Below are positions 18,036 to 27,097 of a stretch of 48,822 bases of DNA, one piece after another (position 1 is the stretch's first letter; each line of letters begins with the position of its first letter). The notes under the pieces are model-generated. The model was not told the DNA's origin, ran no database searches, and saw only the letters and a list, made by a program, of their open reading frames with translations. The DNA is from Fibrobacterota bacterium (GTDB taxonomy: Bacteria; Fibrobacterota; Fibrobacteria; UBA11236), in NCBI GenBank assembly GCA_043753995.1, contig JAYUVP010000107.1, positions 1 through 48,822 on the forward strand, read 5' to 3'. Both the position numbers and the translations under genes were made by a program.

Positions 18036-20792
18036 TCAGCTATTCATCGCCACCAAATTGGCGAACAGCGCATCGGCCAGGGCATTCTTACCCAAGCGGG
18101 CGAATATATCGAATTGGCAGAAAATCACCTTGCCCTTGCCATGACGAAGAGTCGCTAAATCAACGCCCCAATGCAAACGTTGTTTCATGCCATTCGGTTG
18201 CATGGACACGGCGCCAGCGACGACTTGAACCTTGTCGCCACCCTTGTCGAGGCCGTCGACACTCCAAAGTGGAGCCACTTCGGCCCAGATTTGATCGACA
18301 AGTCCACCTGCCGGCAAATCCTTGAATTCCGGCGAAGGCTTGGTCCAATGAAAACTCCCCAGGGGATTGCCCGCGCAACGGAAGGCATTCACTTCTAGCG
18401 GTAAAACCTTCAGTGAATTGATTTTGCGGGTGTCTTCGTCGGTCAATGCTGCCAGGATTACGGTTCCGCCTTTTTCCGCCTTATCGAAAGCCTCCTTGAT
18501 ATCGCTGTCTTTTAGGGACGGCAAATCATAAAGCACCACGATACCGGCATCGGGTGAGGTTGAGCAAGTCACGGTATCGGGGAAGGGTCCGAAAGTCGTC
18601 ACCTTCTTGAGGCAAGCGTCGAGTTTGGCCTCGGGAGGAACGAAAAAGGTTTCCTCGGTTTTCGCTTGTTCCTTATTTTGCTTGGACAAAATCAATTCAA
18701 AGGTGAAACGTCCCTTTTCATAACCCACGGGAAATTTGAATTTTCCGGCGGCATTGTAGCCCGGCTTAGCCTTGCCCGTGAGCTGCTCTTGATGCCAAAC
18801 CCGGCCATTCGGGCCTTTGACTCGCAAGGCGACGGCGAAATCGGTGATTTGTCCGTCATTGAGCAAGTGGATTTTGATGGCTGCGGATGTGCCCGCATAA
18901 GGCGTGCGCTCTTCAGCCTCGGCATAAACATGCACGGGGCGATGGATGCGGCGAATGACGTCCAAGGTCGCCTTGGGTTGGCGAGACCAATTCACTAGGC
19001 CGCCAAAATCACCGCCGAAGTCACCGTAATTCTCATAAAACCAGCCCTGCACCTGGGTATTGCAAAGCAAGGCTTCTAAGTGTCTTTGCAGGCCGGCACG
19101 AGCCAAAGCCGAAATGTCCTTGAGGAAGTCTTCCGGGGTTTTCCAGAATTCTTCGAGGCCGCGATCTTTCAGGGCCTGGGTCAATTCGGGAATCAGCCGA
19201 GCGGCGTCTTTATATTCAGGATAGGACGAGAATTTTTTCCAGGTATCCAGTTGTTCCGAAAGACCTTCAAAGCTCGGCACGCCGATGCCATCGAATAAAA
19301 CCTTGCCACCGCCCTCGTCCTTGAGATAATTGTAACGTTCCCAGAAGCTTTTGTTGCCATGCACTCCGTCGGCAATGCTCTTCGCGTCACGCGAGGTCAA
19401 ATACGATTGCAGCATGGCAAAGCTGCGTTGCGCCAGGGGATAGGCAAGATGAGCCTTGTGGGATTCGTAGGGGTTGATTTGCTGCTGCAAAGGTTCCCAA
19501 ACCTTGCCCTGATCGATTTTGCCGCCACCTTGGGCATCGACATAAACCGAACTGAGATTGGAAAAAGCCGGGCGCGTCGGGTCAAATTCCGAGGCGAAGC
19601 GCAATAACTTATTGCCGTTTTCCAGCACCATGGACCCGTTTTCGGAGCCCATGACCCAGGCATAAATGCAAGGATGATGGCCTTGATGCTCGATCATGGA
19701 TTGCACCAAAATCTTGATGCTTTCCAAGCCGTCCTTGCTTGATTTCTGGTTATAAGCCGTGGTCTCTTGGAGGACAAGCAAACCGATTTCATCGCAAATG
19801 TCGAGGATTTCATCGGGGAAGGGGGCACCGCCGGAGCGGAGGGTATTGAAGCCTGCTTCCTTGAGCTGGATCAACTCCTTGCGCCAGTCCACGGGCATGT
19901 GCGGGCGGCCATGGGTGAAAGGAAAGAACCATGGCATAGAGACGCCACGCACCTTGACCTGGGCATGATTCAAGCGCCAAATACCGCGCTCGATATCGAC
20001 GCCGCGCATGCCGAAACGCTTGGTAATGGAATCGGTGCCGGGCACCGAAACCCGTATGGAATAGAGCGATGGATCACCCAATGTCCATACATGACTATTG
20101 TCGAATTGAAGATTGAAAGACAGGCTGGCATTTTCTTTTTCCAGCTTGATGGGGCGAATCAAGGTTTGGGTTTCGCCGACGGGATTGGTGATATCGATGG
20201 CGATTTCGGCGGAGAAATTCCGGTTATTCCAAAAGCGCATTTCCAAAGAAATACGATCGGCCTCGAAATCAGGCAGGATATTCAGGGAACGAATACCGCC
20301 CTTGATGGTTTTCATCAGGGTGACCCCGCCGTCCATGCCGGCATAGGGCGCACGCAAATAAGGCGCTCCGAGGGGTAATTCTTGGGCTACCGCATCGAGG
20401 ATTTTACCCGAGCGATCCAGGTGTTGCACCCGCACCACCAAATGATTGTCTTCGCCGACCTTGACCGAGCGAGAACAGTCGAATTCGAAAGGAACATGGC
20501 CGCCCAGATGCGTGCCCAGCTCCTCGCCATTCATCCAAACGATGCAATGATGCTGCACGCCGGGAAAGCGAAGGAAAAACCGGCGAAAAGTGTCTTTCTT
20601 GTCGAGATGGAAAGACTTGAAGTAATAGGCAATATGCGCGCTTTCGGGATTGGGATCTTGGGTCCACAAATGCGGTAGGCGCACGGAACGGGTTTCCGCG
20701 GGTTTGTGCCGATACCATTGATCGATTAAGCCGGCATCAACAGGATCAAAGCAAAAATCCCAAGCATCATCGAAAACCACGTTGTTGGCCAT
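18036..20792 (-). CDS. Glycoside hydrolase family 2-like protein with degenerate catalytic motifs
   Basis: Sugar-binding N-domain (VWMNGEELGTHLGGHVPFEFD), P.LY..FGMR, TIM barrel (GFNTLR..CDEIGLLV.QE, HPCI..W). ATG at 20792 follows a GAGGA RBS. Confidence 0.8.
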   Translation of the reverse strand: MANNVVFDDAWDFCFDPVDAGLIDQWYRHKPAETRSVRLPHLWTQDPNPESAHIAYYFKSFHLDKKDTFRRFFLRFPGVQHHCIVWMNGEELGTHLGGHVPFEFDCSRSVKVGEDNHLVVRVQHLDRSGKILDAVAQELPLGAPYLRAPYAGMDGGVTLMKTIKGGIRSLNILPDFEADRISLEMRFWNNRNFSAEIAIDITNPVGETQTLIRPIKLEKENASLSFNLQFDNSHVWTLGDPSLYSIRVSVPGTDSITKRFGMRGVDIERGIWRLNHAQVKVRGVSMPWFFPFTHGRPHMPVDWRKELIQLKEAGFNTLRSGGAPFPDEILDICDEIGLLVLQETTAYNQKSSKDGLESIKILVQSMIEHQGHHPCIYAWVMGSENGSMVLENGNKLLRFASEFDPTRPAFSNLSSVYVDAQGGGKIDQGKVWEPLQQQINPYESHKAHLAYPLAQRSFAMLQSYLTSRDAKSIADGVHGNKSFWERYNYLKDEGGGKVLFDGIGVPSFEGLSEQLDTWKKFSSYPEYKDAARLIPELTQALKDRGLEEFWKTPEDFLKDISALARAGLQRHLEALLCNTQVQGWFYENYGDFGGDFGGLVNWSRQPKATLDVIRRIHRPVHVYAEAEERTPYAGTSAAIKIHLLNDGQITDFAVALRVKGPNGRVWHQEQLTGKAKPGYNAAGKFKFPVGYEKGRFTFELILSKQNKEQAKTEETFFVPPEAKLDACLKKVTTFGPFPDTVTCSTSPDAGIVVLYDLPSLKDSDIKEAFDKAEKGGTVILAALTDEDTRKINSLKVLPLEVNAFRCAGNPLGSFHWTKPSPEFKDLPAGGLVDQIWAEVAPLWSVDGLDKGGDKVQVVAGAVSMQPNGMKQRLHWGVDLATLRHGKGKVIFCQFDIFARLGKNALADALFANLVAMNS

Positions 20793-20935
20793 AGTCAGTA
20801 TCCTCGGAGTGGACAGGCAAAGCCCGAGCCGGCCACCCAAGTGAAATACAGGGGCCGCGGGCAAAGAGCCGTCAAGCTCTTAAAAAGAGCCAAAGAACTG
20901 GGTCAAATTAGAAAATTTCACGGGCATGCGCCGAC

Positions 20936-21760
20936 TCAGAAACGGAGTTGGCCTAAATACCAATTCATCAGGGCTTCGCCATAAACAGCGGCGAGCAAAA
21001 CACCGACGCAAATGAAGGGGCCGAAAGGAAGATGCCTTTGCTCATTCAATTTCCCCGAAATCATGAGGGGTAAGCCGATCACCGTGCCCAAAAAGGCGGC
21101 GAACATGAGGCCAATTAGGCTGGTGGAGGCTCCGAACCAGGCCCCGGCCATGGCCAAAAGTTTCACATCGCCCAAACCCATGGCTTCTTTTTTCAGGAGT
21201 TTTTCGGCCAAAAACCCCACCGCGTATAAAAATCCACCTCCGACTAAGGCGCCGGTCAAGCTTTCCCAAGGCGTGAGGCCCCCCGGTAAAAGCCCAGCCG
21301 CCAAGCCCAAGAATAAGCCCGGAAAGTTGAGCAAGTCAGGTATCAGATAATGGCGTAAATCAATGAGGGTGATGGGTATGGTGCATAGACCGAGATAAAG
21401 GAAACCCAGGCGAAAATCCCAGGCCGCCTCGGGATTGAGAAGAACCAAATAGGCGGTTAAAACTGCCGCCCAAATTGCCGTGAAGGCCTCCACCAAGGGA
21501 TATTGAATCGATATGGGCAGGTTGCAACCAGCGCATTTTCCACGCAAGAAAAGCCAAGAGAAAACAGGAATATTTTCCAAGGGCTTAATGCTGCGGCTGC
21601 ATTGGGGGCATTTGGAAGGCGGCCACACCACGGATTCGCCGCGTGGCATGCGGTAAATCACCACATTGAAAAAGGAACCGAGCAATGCGCCGAAAACCCC
21701 GGCGCCGATGACAGGCAGGGGCATGGGCAGACTGAAGGGGTCGACAAACATGAACCCCAT
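20936..21760 (-). CDS. pilD: Type IV prepilin peptidase / N-methyltransferase (A24)
   Basis: GSFFNVVIYRMP, CPQC..CAGC, ID, MGLGDVKL, PFGPF. Confidence 0.92.
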   Translation of the reverse strand: MGFMFVDPFSLPMPLPVIGAGVFGALLGSFFNVVIYRMPRGESVVWPPSKCPQCSRSIKPLENIPVFSWLFLRGKCAGCNLPISIQYPLVEAFTAIWAAVLTAYLVLLNPEAAWDFRLGFLYLGLCTIPITLIDLRHYLIPDLLNFPGLFLGLAAGLLPGGLTPWESLTGALVGGGFLYAVGFLAEKLLKKEAMGLGDVKLLAMAGAWFGASTSLIGLMFAAFLGTVIGLPLMISGKLNEQRHLPFGPFICVGVLLAAVYGEALMNWYLGQLRF

Positions 21761-22794
21761 TATATGGTGTAATCGTTCTGGAAAACCTGTACCCGGCGCG
21801 GAGTTGCATAGGCCTCATCGCCTTTGGAGAGGCCGAGTTGTTGGAAGTCTTCGCGAGCCAATTCGACTTGCAAATCCTGGCCTCCGGAGGTTGTCAGGGT
21901 CACCCGCACCGAAAGGCCTATGGTGCGTACATGGGATAGTCGTCTCGGTACCGACCCATCGACTTGTCGCTCACGGGTCAAAACCAATTCATGCGGCCGC
22001 ACAAAGACGGGGCTGGTAGGCAAACCTCCCGGGCCGACCAATTCGAAATGTCCTGGCTCGCCTTCAAGGCGGCTATGGAAAATGTTCACATTGCCCAGGA
22101 AGTGCATGACAAAGGGATTCGCGGGCTGATGAAAAATTTCTTCGGGCGAACCGATTTGCTCGATGCGGCCCTTATTCATGATGACGACGCGGTCGGCAAC
22201 TTCGAAAGCCTCGTCCTGATCGTGGGTGACGAAAATGGAGGTGACATGCATTTCATCATGCAATTTGCGTAACCACCGGCGTAAGTCTTGTCGCACTTGG
22301 GCGTCGAGAGCGCCAAAGGGTTCGTCGAGCAGCAAGAATTGGGGGCGTGCGGCGAGGGCGCGAGCTAGTGCCACACGCTGGCGTTGGCCTCCAGACAGTT
22401 GATGGGGTAACCGTGAGGCGACGCCCTTCAACTGGATAAGGCCAAGCAATTCCTCGACTCGGGCATCGATTTCATCCTTCGGCCGTTTTTGTATGCTCAG
22501 GCTAAAACCAATATTGTCGCGTACGGTCATGTGGCGAAAGAGGGCATAATGTTGGAAAACGAAGCCTACTTGGCGCTCGTGCACGCCGAGATCCGCCGCA
22601 TTGTTGTCACCGAAAAGCACTTCGCCTTCATCCGGGGTTTCCAAGCCGGCAATGAGGCGCAATAAAGTGGTTTTGCCGCATCCCGAAGGACCGAGCAAGG
22701 CTACCAATTGGCCGTCGGGGATGTCTAAGGAGACATGATCGAGGGCTTGGGTGCCTTCAAAGCGCTTGGTCAAATTTCGAATGGCAATGTGCAT
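21760..22794 (-). CDS. cysA: Sulfate/thiosulfate ABC transporter ATP-binding subunit
   Basis: GPSGCGKT, VGFVFQHYALFRHMTV, LSGGQRQR, LRRWLRKLHDEMHVTS.FVTHDQ, TOBE-like tail. Confidence 0.85.
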   Translation of the reverse strand: MHIAIRNLTKRFEGTQALDHVSLDIPDGQLVALLGPSGCGKTTLLRLIAGLETPDEGEVLFGDNNAADLGVHERQVGFVFQHYALFRHMTVRDNIGFSLSIQKRPKDEIDARVEELLGLIQLKGVASRLPHQLSGGQRQRVALARALAARPQFLLLDEPFGALDAQVRQDLRRWLRKLHDEMHVTSIFVTHDQDEAFEVADRVVIMNKGRIEQIGSPEEIFHQPANPFVMHFLGNVNIFHSRLEGEPGHFELVGPGGLPTSPVFVRPHELVLTRERQVDGSVPRRLSHVRTIGLSVRVTLTTSGGQDLQVELAREDFQQLGLSKGDEAYATPRRVQVFQNDYTI

Positions 22795-22894
22795 GAAAAT
22801 CAGCCTGCAATAAGCGTGAGAGTCCCCCAAAAGGGCTCCCCAATATAGCCAAAGGCCATGTTTCAGCCCTTAAGACGTTAGGGATACCCAGGTA

Positions 22895-23698
22895 CTATTG
22901 TCGGAGTTTCAGCCAGTTCACGCTCTCCGCCTCCACGCGATCTCGGTCAAAATCCAAGGTGATGACGTGGTTGCTGCGCGATAAGGCAATCAGGGTTTTG
23001 TCTTCGGAGCCGAGACGACGCATCAACTCGACCGAACCTTCGAAGTCGCTGGTGCGATCCTTGACGGCATGAAGGATTAGGGTGGGGCAGGTGATTTTCG
23101 GAAGCAGGGGCAAAATATCCTCGCCTGCTTGCATGAGATTGGCTAATAAGGCGGCAGGCATGGCGTGATAAGCGATATGCTCGGCCAATTGTGACTTGTC
23201 ATTAATGGGACCTTCGGAATCCTTTGCGATTTCATCCGTCCAAAGCTTGGCGAAGGGGGCTAAGTGACGATTGGCAATGCCTATGGTCGACCCTGAAGGG
23301 CGCAAAAAGGGTGCATAAAGCAAGAGGCTATGCACCTTGCGACGCGCGGCAAGATTCAAAGCGAGCAAACCTCCAAGGCTGAGTCCGGCGACCGTCACTT
23401 TATCGTATTGCAAGGCCAACTCGCTAAAGGCCTCTTCGCAGTGATTGCGATAATCGCTGAATTGGGTGGCTTGCAAAGCTCTCAGGGTACGCCCATGGCC
23501 TGGCAATAAGACCCCTGAAGAGTGAAACCCGTTCTCGGCGAATTTTTCTCCTAGGAAACGCATTTCGCGGGGCGTGGATGTCCAGCCATGAATGAATAGC
23601 ACGGCATGGTCGCCATGGCCAAATGCGAAAGGCTCGGCACCAAGAATGATATGGGTGAGCGGGTCGCGGGGCCAGGGTTTTTCGTGCTGGGTAAGCAT
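22895..23698 (-). CDS. Alpha/beta hydrolase (carboxylesterase/monoglyceride lipase-like)
   Basis: HGWT oxyanion motif, GLSLG nucleophile, D..H triad. Alternative TTG start at 23725. Confidence 0.85.
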   Translation of the reverse strand: MLTQHEKPWPRDPLTHIILGAEPFAFGHGDHAVLFIHGWTSTPREMRFLGEKFAENGFHSSGVLLPGHGRTLRALQATQFSDYRNHCEEAFSELALQYDKVTVAGLSLGGLLALNLAARRKVHSLLLYAPFLRPSGSTIGIANRHLAPFAKLWTDEIAKDSEGPINDKSQLAEHIAYHAMPAALLANLMQAGEDILPLLPKITCPTLILHAVKDRTSDFEGSVELMRRLGSEDKTLIALSRSNHVITLDFDRDRVEAESVNWLKLRQ

Positions 23699-23761
23699 GG
23701 TAACCACGTCGGTGAATGGAAGCAAAGTTGTGACCTTCCTAACAGGGCAGTAAAGGAGAAT

Positions 23762-24583
23762 TCAAGCGTTCAGGGCCCGATTCGCCGAAACCTTGTGAAT
23801 GCGGCTGAGTCCCTTGGTGACAACGGCAAAGGCCTCGTCCACGGTGTCTACGATTTCGAAGAGTTTCAAATCTTCTGGGCTAATCATGCCAGTATCGACC
23901 AAGTGCTGGAAATTGATGACTTGGGTCCAGAAGGACCGGCCATAAAGGACAATCACCATTTTTTTGGTAATGCGACCGGTTTGCACCAGAGTGAGTACTT
24001 CCATCATTTCGTCAAGCGTTCCGAAGCCACCGGGAAAAATCAGAATGGCCTTGGCCATATAGACGAACCAAAATTTCCGAACGAAGAAATAATGAAACTC
24101 GAAATTCAAATGCTCACTGATATAGGGATTGGCGCTTTGCTCGAATGGCAGGTGAATATTCAGGCCGATATTTTCAGCTCCCACCTTATGGGCGCCGCGA
24201 TTGGTGGCCTCCATGATGCCTGGACCCCCGCCCGAACACAAGGTGTATTTGATCTTGCTTTTAGTGGACCATACCGAAAGCTTGGCCGACAAGGTCGCGG
24301 CATCTTCGTAATAGCGGCTCATTTCCAGGTCGTGAGTGGCCTTTTCCACCTCACGGGGTCGGGCCTTGGGATTGCGCCGGATGGCGCGCAAGTTTTGCAA
24401 GGCTTTGCGATGGGGCAAGGTCCGGGCTGAACCGAAAAACACGATGGTGTCTTGAATTCCGGAGAGCTTGAGGCGATACTCGGGCTCCATGAACTCGGCC
24501 AGGATGCGCACGGCGCGACCATCCTTGGTTTTGAGGAAGTCTTTGCCGAGAAAGGAATAGTCGGGAATCTGATTCTTTTTCAT
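23762..24583 (-). CDS. LOG family / TIGR00730 Rossmann-fold protein
   Basis: FFGSAR, SGGGPGIMEA, YFFVRK, FPGGFGTLDE. Confidence 0.9.
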   Translation of the reverse strand: MKKNQIPDYSFLGKDFLKTKDGRAVRILAEFMEPEYRLKLSGIQDTIVFFGSARTLPHRKALQNLRAIRRNPKARPREVEKATHDLEMSRYYEDAATLSAKLSVWSTKSKIKYTLCSGGGPGIMEATNRGAHKVGAENIGLNIHLPFEQSANPYISEHLNFEFHYFFVRKFWFVYMAKAILIFPGGFGTLDEMMEVLTLVQTGRITKKMVIVLYGRSFWTQVINFQHLVDTGMISPEDLKLFEIVDTVDEAFAVVTKGLSRIHKVSANRALNA

Positions 24584-24612
24584 AGTCGTAACTCCAGTGT
24601 GTCATAATTAGC

Positions 24613-25671
24613 GTGGATTTTCAAATCATGACTGCATCGCTTTTTCAAAAAGGCCGTTGGCTCCTACGGCACTTACTTCGATACTGGCCGCAGCGTCCGG
24701 CGCATCCAGTGTCGGCGCAAGCGCGGGAAATTCTCTTGCTTTTCGCCGGTACCTATGGAGACTTCGTACAGGTCTTGCCGATGACGGCCATGATCGCCGC
24801 GTCTTGGCCCAAGGCTGTTTTGCGCATATACGCAGATAAAAAACTGCTGAATGAATTCGCTTTCGCCTTACCGCCGCGAGCCCGCCGCGCGACTTGGCGA
24901 GACTTGCTGAAGGCATGCTTCCAGCCCGCGGATTTACTGCTTGTGAATGCGGTAGGGGTCTATCGCGTGCGATATGAAATTGCCGCCTTAAGACTTGGGA
25001 AAATGGCAGGGGGTTTTCGGTATGTTCAGGAGTCCCATCGATCGGGCTTTGGCCTCACCTTACCTTTGATTCCCGAGGTCGACAATTTCGGGGAGTTGAA
25101 CCAACAACTTGTCATGGCCCTGGTCAGCCATAAAATCCAGACCCCATCACCGACGCCTTTGCGTCTTCGTTTTCCTGTGGATAAGCCTTTGCATTTCACT
25201 GCCCCGGTGCTTTTCTCCGTGGGTAGCGCAGGCTTTCGACAAGCCACGGGTTTTGACGGCTTCCTGAAATTGATTCAAGGCGTACACGAAAGTTTAGGGC
25301 ATACCCAGGTCACCTTTGTCGCCGGGCCCGAAGACCGAGAATTGGTTTCGCACCTGGCGCGACTCTATCCCCACCGAGAAACTTGGGTATTACCGATTGC
25401 TGCACTGTCGGAAAGGCTACTAGAATGGAAAGGCGGCGTTCTTGGGTTTGACAGCTTTTTGGCTCACTTCGCTTTGTATTTGGGAAGGCGCATGCTGGTA
25501 CTTCACCAAGACAAGGTGCCCTATGGTTATGACTGCGGACCTTTTCATAAGCAATTGTGCCTACTTGGGGAAAGTGGCATGAGTGTGCAACCGGTGAAAG
25601 ACTTTTTGACGGAAATAGGGTGGGGGCAAAATTTGCCGTCTCTCGGAGGGGCAAGGCAAAAGCTTCCCTGA
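24613..25671 (+). CDS. Divergent GT9-like glycosyltransferase
   Basis: GDFVQVLP..A.I...WP.A and GFDSFLAHFA resemble the GT9 GD and DSG..H motifs. Confidence 0.55.
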   Translation: MDFQIMTASLFQKGRWLLRHLLRYWPQRPAHPVSAQAREILLLFAGTYGDFVQVLPMTAMIAASWPKAVLRIYADKKLLNEFAFALPPRARRATWRDLLKACFQPADLLLVNAVGVYRVRYEIAALRLGKMAGGFRYVQESHRSGFGLTLPLIPEVDNFGELNQQLVMALVSHKIQTPSPTPLRLRFPVDKPLHFTAPVLFSVGSAGFRQATGFDGFLKLIQGVHESLGHTQVTFVAGPEDRELVSHLARLYPHRETWVLPIAALSERLLEWKGGVLGFDSFLAHFALYLGRRMLVLHQDKVPYGYDCGPFHKQLCLLGESGMSVQPVKDFLTEIGWGQNLPSLGGARQKLP

Positions 25672-25679
25672 AGTCAGGT

Positions 25680-25706
25680 TTATCGGCAAGCTTGAGCCTT
25701 TACTTA
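25680..25706 (-). promoter_or_regulatory. Putative sigma28 (FliA) promoter on the minus strand
   Basis: TAAG-N15-GCCGATAA; perfect -10 and 3/4 match at -35 with canonical spacing. Confidence 0.5.
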
Positions 25707-25751
25707 AGCCCTTTCTACGCCTGATTCGCCAAGGGGAGAAAAAGGGGCCGC

Positions 25752-25767
25752 TGGCATGCGGCTTGCA
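25752..25767 (+). promoter_or_regulatory. Sigma54 -24/-12 promoter of the flgB operon
   Basis: TGGCATGCGGCTTGCA = GG-N10-GC, directly upstream of flgB. Confidence 0.8.
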
Positions 25768-25782
25768 TTCTAGGTCCTCGCC

Positions 25783-26217
25783 ATGATGATTCAGAATGCC
25801 TTGCTTCGTCATACCGCGCTACCGGTGCTCGGCAAAAGCCTGGATGCCGCGACCTTGCGGGATAAGGCTATTGCCGCCAATATTGCCAATGTTGGCACCC
25901 CAGGCTATGAACGCATTGAAGTGGCCTTTGAGGAGGCCCTGAAATCAGCCTTGAATCCCAAACCAATGGATCCAGGGTCGGCGAGAAATGACACAGGCAA
26001 ACCCGATCGCTTAAATGTAGGGGTGGACTTGGAACATTTGCAACCGGTGGCCTTTCGGCCCAAGGATTTAACCCAATCAAGCGGTGTGAATAATGTGGAC
26101 ATTGACGCAGAAATGTCGAATTTGGCGGCGAATCAAATTGCCTTCAACTTCGGCGTGAAATTCATTCAGGACTTGCGGGGCGATATTGTATCGGCCATCA
26201 AGGGAATGCCCGGCTAA
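25783..26217 (+). CDS. flgB: Flagellar basal-body rod protein FlgB
   Basis: IAANIANVGTPGY, NNVDIDAEM. Confidence 0.93.
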   Translation: MMIQNALLRHTALPVLGKSLDAATLRDKAIAANIANVGTPGYERIEVAFEEALKSALNPKPMDPGSARNDTGKPDRLNVGVDLEHLQPVAFRPKDLTQSSGVNNVDIDAEMSNLAANQIAFNFGVKFIQDLRGDIVSAIKGMPG

Positions 26218-26228
26218 AGGAGAGAATC

Positions 26229-26738
26229 ATGAGCCTAGTCGGACTTTTTAGCGGTCTCAATATCAGTGCCTCGGCATTAAGGGCCCAGCGCATTCGGCAA
26301 AACGTCATTGCCAGCAATCTCGCCAATGCCGAAACGACTCGAACTGCCGAGGGCGGACCTTACAAAAGGCAAGTCGTCATATTGCGCGAAAACATTATCG
26401 ATCCGGAGCAGAGATTCGTTTTTGGTCCGGAACAAATGAAAGGCTTTACGACCCAAGATTCTCACATTCCGATTCCCCAGCCTGGCTTACCGAGGTCCAA
26501 GGACAAGGTCGGCAGCGGCGTCGAGGTGGTTTCCATCGAAGCTGACGGTAGTGCACCCCGGCTGATTCATGATCCCAGCCATCCCGACGCGAATGAACAA
26601 GGCTATGTGGCCATGCCCAATATCAATCCGGTACAGGAAATGACCGACTTGATTTCGGCAACACGTAGCTATGAAGCCAGTGTCACGGCCATGAATGCCA
26701 CCAAAAGCATGCTCATGAAAGCCCTTGATCTCGGCTAA
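26229..26738 (+). CDS. flgC: Flagellar basal-body rod protein FlgC
   Basis: SASAL.AQR.R.NVIASNLANAETT, DPSHPDA...GYV.MPNIN, EM.DLISA.RSYEA. Confidence 0.95.
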   Translation: MSLVGLFSGLNISASALRAQRIRQNVIASNLANAETTRTAEGGPYKRQVVILRENIIDPEQRFVFGPEQMKGFTTQDSHIPIPQPGLPRSKDKVGSGVEVVSIEADGSAPRLIHDPSHPDANEQGYVAMPNINPVQEMTDLISATRSYEASVTAMNATKSMLMKALDLG

Positions 26739-26752
26739 GGCCCAAGCGAATC

Positions 26753-27088
26753 ATGGCTATCAGCAATACCACGGGAGCAGGGCAGGGCGCGGGCGGATTA
26801 GAAGCCTTTCAAAGGCTGCGCGCCCAGGCCCAACAAAAAATCGCTGGAGAAGCCGGCGCGGCGAAAAAAAATCCTGCCCCGGCGACCGAAAAAACCTTGG
26901 ACGTATTCGCGGCCGCAAAAGCGAGGACATTGCAGGCGGCCGGCTTGCGTTCGACCGCCTCCGCCAATGGCGCTATGGCATCGGAATCGGGGGGAATTGC
27001 TCCCCCCAAGACCTACCAAAAAAACGGTGCAATCAATGCGGGCGAAAATCGTCCCCGCTTAGGACAATATGTGGACTTCGTCGCGTGA
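26753..27088 (+). CDS. Hypothetical Ala-rich protein within the flagellar operon
   Basis: 111 aa filling the flgC-fliE gap; ends LGQYVDFVA. Confidence 0.75.
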   Translation: MAISNTTGAGQGAGGLEAFQRLRAQAQQKIAGEAGAAKKNPAPATEKTLDVFAAAKARTLQAAGLRSTASANGAMASESGGIAPPKTYQKNGAINAGENRPRLGQYVDFVA

Positions 27089-27097
27089 GCCAAGCCT

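Noticed and set aside
25310..25654. 114-aa minus-strand ORF just downstream of the putative sigma28 promoter
   Set aside because: Fully antisense to the GT9-like gene, TTG start and no protein-like features; not called as a CDS.
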